Positions 57,172 to 64,000 of a stretch of DNA of 64,000 bases are shown here, piece by piece. A model generated the notes under the pieces. That model was not told the DNA's origin, ran no database searches, and saw nothing but the letters and a program-made list of their open reading frames with translations. The position numbers and the translations under genes are program-made. Position 1 is the first letter of the stretch, and every line of letters begins with the position of its first letter. The DNA is taken from positions 8,712 through 72,711 of the forward strand of contig CASFJH010000047.1 of NCBI GenBank assembly GCA_949294845.1, read 5' to 3'. Source of the stretch: an uncultured Bacillota bacterium (GTDB taxonomy: Bacteria; Bacillota; Clostridia; Christensenellales; Pumilibacteraceae).

Positions 57172-60100
57172 TTATTTCTTTTCGTCCTTCGGCTTAATCT
57201 TTCTGTATCTTACCAGATAGACTATGACGCCGACGATCAGAACAATACCGACTATAATCAGCACGGTGCTGATGGCGGTAAGCGAAACGCTGCTGCCGCT
57301 AGCCTGAGCCGTTACAGTTATGGAATACTTCTGCGTGGAAGTATTGCCGTTTTCATCGGTAACCTCGTAGGTTACGGTATACGTTCCGCTCTTAGACAGG
57401 GTGATCGTAGAGCCGCTGTTCTCACGGTTGGCATACGTCGTACCTGTTCCGCTTACAGTGGCTACTTCCTCTCCGCTGGGATCGACAAGCGTCTTGGTGT
57501 AAGTGAAATCGCCAACGTTCTCGCCCTCGGAGGCAACAGCGGTAATCTTATTGAATTTGAACTCGCTGTTGATCTTGTATTTGGTCTGCTGAGTCTCGGT
57601 AAGACTGAAGTCGGGAGCAACTACGTCGCCTACGTTGATCGTAAAGCTGAGCGCGTCGGCGCTTACTCCGCGGTACGAAGCGGTAACCGTCACAGTGTAC
57701 TGCCCGTCAGATTCGGGAACAAAGGTATAACCGGCAAGCTGTCCGCCGCTGACAAGGATATCGTCGCCGTTTTCGTCGACTTCGGTCAACTCGATATTGT
57801 TTCCGTCCTTGTCGCTGACAGCTACGTCAGGCGTGACGTTTCCGTGCTCGGCAACGCCGATGAACAGAGGCAGATTTACGGTGTCATTGACTTTGGAATA
57901 AGTCGGAACGAGACCGAGCGCCTCGATAACCGGCTTATCTTCTCCCGTAACGGAAATATTGTAAGTCTCGGCTTTTTCGGAATATACTTCGTCGAGAGCG
58001 GCATTTATAATATAGTCTCTGAAATGATAGGTGCCTGCGGTGAGAGCGGTAAACTCATTGTTCATAACCGACATACGACCGCCAGTGACTCTGTGTACTA
58101 CATAATATCCGTCAACAGGTTCTCCGGTAACTTTATCGGTTACCTCGGTTTTTCTGAAAGCATAGGTTTCGTAAACGCTGCCGGTTGTAGGAATCTTTGA
58201 AGCGGAGAAGTCGATATCGCCGGAATCGTCGGATACTACGGTAATATTGAATACGGTAGCGCTGGATACGTCTGCCAGATTGAAAGCGCGGACAACCAGT
58301 TTATAAGTGCCGGCCTTTTCAGGCGTGAAAGAAATGTTGCGGATGACTATTTTGCCGTCATCGGAGTTATTATAGAAAGTCTCGATCTGTACGCCGCCGG
58401 AAAGCTCGTCGCCGTCGGGATTAACGACGTACACTTCAAATCCGGTATACTTATAATTTGCTTTGGTCGCCGAAATCTCTACGGTACCGCTCAGCACGAC
58501 GGCATTTTTCGCCACATACTCGTCAGCCGGAGCGGCAAGAGTATTGGTTACGTCAAGCGTCTGTCCGCTGAGAGAGTCGGGCGTAACAACCGCGACGGTA
58601 TATGTCTCGGATTCCTTAGCCTGTCCCACGCTGTCGGTCGTCTTGACTTTAAGCTCGAGCTCGGTGTTGAGCAACAGCTTGTCGCCGTTGTCAAATTCAA
58701 GATAATGCTTGCCGTTGTCGCTCTTGATATCGGCTACCTCACCTCCGTCAACCGATACCGAGGTAACGTATCCCTCGCTCTCGGCGGCGTCGGAAACGAT
58801 TGTATATTCAGTGTGGAGACGCGAAGTTTCGCTGTCGGCAACCGTTACGGAAGGAACGGTGAAAGTCTCCTGCGATCCGCCGACGACAATATACTCGGGA
58901 GCGTCGTTAACCTTAGCGGACGAAGGATAGTTAACGTCGGTATAAGTGTTGGATACCTCTATCGTATATTTCTTGGTAACACGGTTGCCGCTTGCGTCGC
59001 GGGCGACATATTCTACGTTATAGGAGCCGGTTTTGGTCGCGGTATTGCTGCCAACCTTATTGAAGTCGAACTTAAGATCCTTAAAAGCTACGGCTTCGGT
59101 ATCGTATGTGGACTCCGAACCGGTAAAGGTTTCTTCTTCGTCAAGGATATTGTCGTATTCTACAACGGTGTTGCCCTTGCTGTCGCTGATCTCGAAGCTG
59201 ACGGTCAACCCTTCCGTACCGGCATTGTCAACGACCTCGGGTATGGGGAAGCTGATCGTAGCGTCGTCTGCCTTAACGGCGGTATCGTCGTCGGCAGATT
59301 CGGCTTTCTTTACCGTAAGGCCCCACTTTTCGGGAATTTGCCAATCGTCTATATCATTGATGACGGGCGCCGAAGTATCGGAAACATCGATTTCGTACTC
59401 GTGACGCGCCGACTGATTGCCGGAGTCGTCGGTTGCTATATACGTTACTTTGTACTGTCCTTTCTCGGTAGGATAGAAGCTCATCACCTTGTCGTTATCG
59501 AATGCCACGGCGGTATCTTTGACCGAAACGGCAAAACCGTTATCGTCGAGCTCAACTTCCTTTACCGGCTCGCCGGCGAAAGTAACCGTAATATCTACTT
59601 TAACATTCTGATCGAAATCATCGGTAGTAGTTGCGACCGGCAGGCTTACGGACTTATTGATATTGCCGGTTCTGGGAACGTTTGAAACGCTAAGCGTAGG
59701 AGCCGAGGTGTCTTCGAAGGTGTCCTGAACTCTGACGGTGAAATCTTTTGTGTAAAGTTTGCTGCCGCCGCCGAGATAAGCGTAATACTGTATCGTAAGA
59801 ACGCCCGACTGGCTAGCGGTGTACTTTGCGGCCGTATCGCCCGACACTACCACGTCGGCGCTTCCGCCTGCGCTGAAGCGCGCCTTCACTTCCGCGCTGT
59901 CGTCAACCACGTTTCCGTCCTCGTCGTAATAAACGAGCTTAGCGCCGGGGAGCGTGATTTCGCTGCCTTTTTTGATGTAGGTAGGAATATCCGCGCCGTT
60001 TCCGTCGACTTTTATGGAATAATCGTTTTCGGTATAAGAATATACGCTGAAATCGTAACTCTCATCGCCCTGCGTATATGTGACCGTATAAGTGCCGACT

Positions 60101-60372
60101 TCCGAAGCGGTAACCGTGCCGGGAACCGCCGAAGGCGTTACGTCCTTGCCGCTGGGCGCTTTAACCGTCACCGTAGCGGGCGACGAAGCGGAAATATCGA
60201 AAGTGCCGCCGTATTTTACTCTGCGCGCTATCTTAACGTTTTCGAACACGTCCGAAGCGGCGGGAGCAGTGCCTAATGCAAATGCCGAAAACGACAGACT
60301 GCCTATTACCATAGCCGCCGACAGCGCGACAGCCAATAACGTCAGCCAAATGCTTTTGAGTTTCTTCATCAA
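57172..60372 (-). CDS. Large surface protein with multiple Ig-like domains, a signal peptide and a C-terminal TM anchor
   Basis: 1066 aa. Signal peptide MMKKLKSIWLTLLAVALSAAMVIGSLSFSAFALG. The domain-end signature Y-x-V-x-Y-x-A-x-D-x-S-G-N is repeated (YKVTYIATDDSGNQ, YNVEYVARDASGNR, YTVTYEVTDENGNT). The C-terminus AISTVLIIVGIVLIVGVIVYLVRYRKIKPKDEKK is a TM anchor. No LPXTG motif. AGGAG RBS. Confidence 0.8.
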   Translation of the reverse strand: MMKKLKSIWLTLLAVALSAAMVIGSLSFSAFALGTAPAASDVFENVKIARRVKYGGTFDISASSPATVTVKAPSGKDVTPSAVPGTVTASEVGTYTVTYTQGDESYDFSVYSYTENDYSIKVDGNGADIPTYIKKGSEITLPGAKLVYYDEDGNVVDDSAEVKARFSAGGSADVVVSGDTAAKYTASQSGVLTIQYYAYLGGGSKLYTKDFTVRVQDTFEDTSAPTLSVSNVPRTGNINKSVSLPVATTTDDFDQNVKVDITVTFAGEPVKEVELDDNGFAVSVKDTAVAFDNDKVMSFYPTEKGQYKVTYIATDDSGNQSARHEYEIDVSDTSAPVINDIDDWQIPEKWGLTVKKAESADDDTAVKADDATISFPIPEVVDNAGTEGLTVSFEISDSKGNTVVEYDNILDEEETFTGSESTYDTEAVAFKDLKFDFNKVGSNTATKTGSYNVEYVARDASGNRVTKKYTIEVSNTYTDVNYPSSAKVNDAPEYIVVGGSQETFTVPSVTVADSETSRLHTEYTIVSDAAESEGYVTSVSVDGGEVADIKSDNGKHYLEFDNGDKLLLNTELELKVKTTDSVGQAKESETYTVAVVTPDSLSGQTLDVTNTLAAPADEYVAKNAVVLSGTVEISATKANYKYTGFEVYVVNPDGDELSGGVQIETFYNNSDDGKIVIRNISFTPEKAGTYKLVVRAFNLADVSSATVFNITVVSDDSGDIDFSASKIPTTGSVYETYAFRKTEVTDKVTGEPVDGYYVVHRVTGGRMSVMNNEFTALTAGTYHFRDYIINAALDEVYSEKAETYNISVTGEDKPVIEALGLVPTYSKVNDTVNLPLFIGVAEHGNVTPDVAVSDKDGNNIELTEVDENGDDILVSGGQLAGYTFVPESDGQYTVTVTASYRGVSADALSFTINVGDVVAPDFSLTETQQTKYKINSEFKFNKITAVASEGENVGDFTYTKTLVDPSGEEVATVSGTGTTYANRENSGSTITLSKSGTYTVTYEVTDENGNTSTQKYSITVTAQASGSSVSLTAISTVLIIVGIVLIVGVIVYLVRYRKIKPKDEKK

Positions 60373-60529
60373 CCGTATACTCCTGTTGGGAAAAATTTAT
60401 ACTGTAACAGTGCAATTATACAATTTAACCGTAACTTTGTCAAACGAAAAAGGCTTCAATTTAAGGATTTTTTGCCAATCGCGTTTCAAAGTTATTATTT
60501 TACGCTTTGCTGGAAAATATTCCCTGTTT

Positions 60530-61813
60530 TTAAAGCACCCTGATAAGCGAATCGAGCGACTTTACGGCGTCCGAGCGGGATATGATGTCAAGCGACTTGC
60601 GCACGGCGTCCTCCGTTGTAAGATGCGTAAAGAATACTACCGGCGCATAACCGTCCGCGTCGTCCCCGTGCTGCATTGCCTTATTTATGCTTACGCCGTT
60701 ATCGCCGAGTATGCCGGTTATTTTTCCTAAAACTCCCGGCTTGTCCATCAGCTTGAACGACAGGTAATACCTGGACGAGAAATTGCTCTTGACGACGATG
60801 CCTTCCTCCAGCCGGCCGTTGTTATCAAAGTCGCTGTAAGAGTGCCGAGAAGCCTGCTCAGCACAAACGACGATGTCGGACACTATCGCGCTGCCCGTAG
60901 GACGCGCGCCGGCGCCGCGGCCGTATAGCATGATGTCGTCAACGAAATCGCCCTTTAAAAATACCGCGTTAAAAGCGTCGTTAACGCTCGCAAGCGGATG
61001 GCTGTTCGGAACGAACGTGGGATGAACCCGCGCTTCTATTTCGTTTCCGCTGCGCTTGCCTATCGCCAGTAGCTTAAGCGTATATCCCATTTCTTTGCCG
61101 ACGGCGATATCTTCCGCCGTAATTTTCGTTATGCCTTCACGGTAAATGGACGTATACGGGATACATGTATGGAACGCAAGCGAGCTGAGGATACTGAGCT
61201 TGTACATGGCGTCGTATCCCTCGACGTCGGCGGTAGGATTGAATTCGGCATATCCGAGCTGCTGCGCCTCCTTGAGCGCGGCTTCGTATGTCAGCCCTTC
61301 CTTGCTCATTTTGGTAAGAATGTAATTCGTTGTGCCGTTGATGATGCCGAGAATCTCGGTTATATTGTTGGCCTGCATACTGTCGGTGAGCGTGCGGATA
61401 ATGGGAACGCCGCCCACGCAGCTTGCTTCGTAATAGAGGCCGGCGCCCGTCTTTTTAGCCGCCGCCTCAAGCTCGTAACCGCATTTCGAAATAAGCTCCT
61501 TATTGGCGGTCACAACGCTCTTGCCTGCGGCCAGAACGCGCAGGATAAAACTGCGGGCGGGTTCTACTCCGCCCATGGTTTCCACAACAATCGATATTTC
61601 GGGATCGGTCACGATAGCTTCCAGATCCGTGCAGGCAAGAGAAGCGTCGATTCCTCTGGCAGTCACGTTTTCCACGGCGCGGTCGAGTATCTTTTTGACC
61701 GTAATATCCAGCCCGCGCGTTTTCTTTATAAGCTCGCGGTTTGTTGTCAGGATTTCGTAAGTTCCGCCGCCGACGGTGCCTATCCCCATAATTGCAATTT
61801 TGACTTTTTTCAT
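60530..61813 (-). CDS. hom: Homoserine dehydrogenase with a C-terminal ACT domain
   Basis: 427 aa. MKKVKIAIMGIGTVGGG is a Rossmann motif; the central catalytic domain includes the NGTTNYILT region. Confidence 0.88.
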   Translation of the reverse strand: MKKVKIAIMGIGTVGGGTYEILTTNRELIKKTRGLDITVKKILDRAVENVTARGIDASLACTDLEAIVTDPEISIVVETMGGVEPARSFILRVLAAGKSVVTANKELISKCGYELEAAAKKTGAGLYYEASCVGGVPIIRTLTDSMQANNITEILGIINGTTNYILTKMSKEGLTYEAALKEAQQLGYAEFNPTADVEGYDAMYKLSILSSLAFHTCIPYTSIYREGITKITAEDIAVGKEMGYTLKLLAIGKRSGNEIEARVHPTFVPNSHPLASVNDAFNAVFLKGDFVDDIMLYGRGAGARPTGSAIVSDIVVCAEQASRHSYSDFDNNGRLEEGIVVKSNFSSRYYLSFKLMDKPGVLGKITGILGDNGVSINKAMQHGDDADGYAPVVFFTHLTTEDAVRKSLDIISRSDAVKSLDSLIRVL

Positions 61814-61823
61814 AAGCTCTCCT

Positions 61824-62588
61824 TTATCTGCGGTTAAGATTGTACAGAATATTGAGTCCTCTCAATGTAAGCGTTCTGTCAACAACGTCTATTACCGAAC
61901 TGTTTTTCGTCACGATTTCGCTTAATCCGCCGGTAGCCACCACCTTGGCTGCGCCCTGCTCCTTTTTAAATCTTTCGACCATATATTCGACCATACCTAT
62001 AAAGCCGTAAATGATACCCGACTGCATATTGGTAATCGTCGTTTTGCCAAGCACTTCGGGCGGCGCGACCAGCTCTATCTTGGGAAGTTTTGCAGTCGCA
62101 GACGTGAGCGCGTCCATGCTCGTCTTAAGTCCGAAAGAAATAGCTCCGCCCAGAAATTCGCCTTTTTCGTTGATATAGTTGAACGTCGTCGCCGTGCCGC
62201 AATCTATAACTATTACCGGACCGCCGTAAGTATGATATGCTGCCACCGAATTGACTATCCGGTCCGCTCCCACTTCCTTGGGATTGTCATACCTGATATT
62301 GATGCCGGTCTTAAGCCCTGCGCCTACTACCAACGGTTTTGCATTGAAGTAAAAATTCGATATATGCTCGAAAGTGTAGTTGAGATTAGGATTGACGCTG
62401 GACATTATCACACCGTCGATGCTCTTGCAAGGAATCCCGTTGGATTCTAACAGATCGCGCATGGTAAGCCCGTATTCGTCGCTGGTCTTGCTGGACGACG
62501 AGGCAAGCCTCAAGCTGTACACCAGCTTATCGCCGTCGAATACTCCGCATTTTATATTCGTGTTGCCTATATCGATAGTAAGATTCAT
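61824..62588 (-). CDS. coaX: Type III pantothenate kinase
   Basis: MNLTIDIGNTNIKCGVF and the GADRIVN and IVIDCGTATT motifs. Confidence 0.9.
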   Translation of the reverse strand: MNLTIDIGNTNIKCGVFDGDKLVYSLRLASSSSKTSDEYGLTMRDLLESNGIPCKSIDGVIMSSVNPNLNYTFEHISNFYFNAKPLVVGAGLKTGINIRYDNPKEVGADRIVNSVAAYHTYGGPVIVIDCGTATTFNYINEKGEFLGGAISFGLKTSMDALTSATAKLPKIELVAPPEVLGKTTITNMQSGIIYGFIGMVEYMVERFKKEQGAAKVVATGGLSEIVTKNSSVIDVVDRTLTLRGLNILYNLNRR

Positions 62589-63232
62589 AACGATTCCTCT
62601 TCCGGCTCTTTATTGTTTTCCTCCCGTGCATGGGCGCCGTTTTCAGTCTGCAAATACTGCTTCGGACTGATCCTGAGCGCGCGTCTCACCGGCAGCACCA
62701 CCAACGGCACCAGCACGGTAGTTATAACCGCTTCGGGAAGGGCGTTTGCAAGGATAAGCACTTTAAGAACCTGGCCGGTAAAAATCTGCCCGCCGAACAA
62801 CGTCATGGCCGACAGAGTCGCCACAGTGTTAATGACCGCGCCAGAAAATCCGGCCGCGCTCACCGCCGCGTATTCGCGCGTCTTTACGTTGCGCCGCCGC
62901 AAACAGAACCTTACAAGCCGGTAACTGCCGAGTGCCGCAGCTCCTATAAAGAGCCGCGGAAGTATCGATATCAGCGGGTTGATAAACGCTTCGGACGTGG
63001 CGCTTGGCATAATGACCGCGACCAGAAAGCTCGATATGCCGAACGCGGCTCCGCACGATAACGTAATCCACGGATTGTCCTTTATCATTCCGAAAGAGAC
63101 CGTTACCGTCAAAGTTATTATGGCGAAGCTGACCGGCAGATATGGCGACAGATATCTGTCGAGCACCATGCTGACGAAAACCAACGCCGCCAGCATTGCG
63201 AGCGTAACTGCATTTTTTGATTTACTTGTCAT
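62585..63232 (-). CDS. ECF-transporter S component (possibly the pantothenate-specific PanT, given the coupling to coaX)
   Basis: 215 aa with about 6 TM segments. ATGA-type overlap with coaX. The substrate assignment rests on gene context only. Confidence 0.5.
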   Translation of the reverse strand: MTSKSKNAVTLAMLAALVFVSMVLDRYLSPYLPVSFAIITLTVTVSFGMIKDNPWITLSCGAAFGISSFLVAVIMPSATSEAFINPLISILPRLFIGAAALGSYRLVRFCLRRRNVKTREYAAVSAAGFSGAVINTVATLSAMTLFGGQIFTGQVLKVLILANALPEAVITTVLVPLVVLPVRRALRISPKQYLQTENGAHAREENNKEPEEESL

Positions 63233-63489
63233 ACGAACTCCTACTGGGCGTACCTTAAAGGCTTGCCCGTAAAAACGTTTTTTTATACGCCGGTTCGGTT
63301 CCGGTTGCGGATACCGACCGATTTATAACGTTATACGATATACGGCATTATTATACCATAATTTTGCATAATCCGCAACCGTTTTATTAAGGTATATAAA
63401 AACTTATGCGCCGTATGTACCGTATCTTATACAGTCAGCTCGCCCGTCATTGCTAAGACAAAAAGATTACCGTATTCGCGTCACGCAGC

Positions 63490-63540
63490 TTTTACCCTTA
63501 TTTGCTTAAATAAATTTTTACCCTTATATCCTTAAATAAA
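63490..63540. repeat. Tandem 25-nt direct repeat (2 copies, 3 mismatches, 1-nt gap)
   Basis: TTTTACCCTTATTTGCTTAAATAAA (63490..63514) / TTTTACCCTTATATCCTTAAATAAA (63516..63540). Confidence 0.85.
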
Positions 63541-63576
63541 TATACGGTTAAGCACTGTTTGCCCGCGCCTGTCATA

Positions 63577-63609
63577 TAAAAAATTTCCCGCGCCTTTCGG
63601 CACGGGAAA
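63577..63609 (-). terminator. Rho-independent terminator after the Cys-rich gene
   Basis: On the minus strand: TTTCCCGTGCC-gaaa-GGCGCGGGAAA followed by TTTTTT. Confidence 0.8.
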
Positions 63610-63630
63610 CCGGTTGAAGATTAAGTACGT

Positions 63631-63828
63631 TTACTTGCAGCAAGCGTCTCTTCCGCCACCGCAGCAGCAGCTGAGCAGTAAGTACAGAAGGATAAGATCG
63701 CAGCAGTCGCAACCGCCTTTCCTGTCGTATCCGCAGCCGCAGTTATTGTTGCAGGAATTGCCGCATCCGCAGCAGCAGAGCAGAATAAGAATCAGAAACA
63801 TATCGTTTCCGCATCCGCCGTTAAACAC
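63631..63828 (-). CDS. Small cysteine-rich protein (16 Cys in 65 aa) with two hydrophobic Leu/Ile stretches
   Basis: GTG start 9 nt after AGGAGG. Sequence: MFNGGCGNDMFLILILLCCCGCGNSCNNNCGCGYDRKGGCDCCDLILLYLLLSCCCGGGRDACCK. A terminator follows directly. Confidence 0.6.
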   Translation of the reverse strand: MFNGGCGNDMFLILILLCCCGCGNSCNNNCGCGYDRKGGCDCCDLILLYLLLSCCCGGGRDACCK

Positions 63829-64000
63829 AGTTCGTTTACCTCCTTGATGAATTCAGATACTTCTGTTATTGCGATGGACGGAGAGGCTCGGCCGCAGCCC
63901 GGCTCCTTCCACCGCGTCAGGCGCGGTACCCGCCTTCTTTTGTGACTTTTCTTTTGAAAACGCGTTATAACAGATATATCTAATTCCATAGTATGAGTAA

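Noticed and set aside
63631-63828. Calling the Cys-rich peptide a RiPP precursor or biosynthetic cluster.
   Set aside because: No maturase, radical-SAM, transporter or protease gene is adjacent within the window. The downstream neighbour is a vitamin-uptake operon, and the upstream side is cut by the window edge. I keep it as an open hypothesis only.
63614-63847. Plus-strand 77-aa Gln/Pro/Ser-rich ORF opposite the Cys-rich gene.
   Set aside because: It is the complement of the GCAGCAGC-rich Cys codons. It has no SD, whereas the minus-strand frame has AGGAGG plus a start and a terminator.
63792-63989. 65-aa minus-strand ORF (MELDISVITRF...) overlapping the start of the Cys-rich gene.
   Set aside because: It has no SD before its ATG and a basic low-complexity translation. 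It overlaps the SD and start of the better-supported gene. The region is more plausibly a structured non-coding leader, though this is not proven.

Overview
The window is a 64-kb chromosomal segment that looks like a spore-forming, saccharolytic Clostridia genome. The evidence for that guess is about 50% GC, CotF-type coat genes, a pfl/galK core, many lipoprotein sugar-uptake genes and AGGAGG-type ribosome-binding sites. It is densely coded, about 85% on the minus strand, with many ATGA stop/start overlaps. I saw no rRNA, CRISPR array, transposase, integrase or prophage genes.

Contents from left to right:
- Glycan-utilisation locus at 1-13.4 kb. It holds a giant modular lipoprotein that the ORF track missed because it runs off the left edge, a DUF4091 lipoprotein, a lipoprotein solute-binding protein, two permeases, a ROK regulator and a GH20-like enzyme.
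- A DeoR-controlled pair of Rossmann-fold oxidoreductases.
- A MarR plus heterodimeric ABC exporter operon.
- A GH78-like enzyme.
- PiT plus DUF47.
- An SGNH hydrolase plus a DUF1648 membrane protein.
- recX, a DmpA-like peptidase, acpS and nnr.
- A CotF pair.
- pflB, pflA, galK and a CBS-domain protein.
- A P-type ATPase.
- A cre-preceded operon of two FAD proteins plus a GH13 enzyme.
- A membrane protein plus an LtaS-like gene.
- maa, a DtxR-family gene remnant and tRNA-Leu(CAG).
- A 1401-aa fused dehydratase-activase-like protein.
- CE4 deacetylase and amidohydrolase genes.
- purA.
- A monocistronic RnlA/LsoA-like HEPN protein.
- A 1066-aa Ig-repeat surface protein.
- hom, coaX and an ECF S component.
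- A 65-aa protein that is 25% cysteine.

The best candidate for something new is the orphan RnlA-like HEPN RNase at 55540..57090. It has a disordered insertion of about 170 aa and no adjacent antitoxin. Secondary candidates are a HEPN-motif/CBS fusion coupled to galK, a chimeric FAD/nucleoside-hydrolase-like ORF, the Cys-rich peptide with a GC-rich leader, and several intergenic tandem repeats and palindromes.

All functional calls rest on motif recognition by eye. No searches were run.
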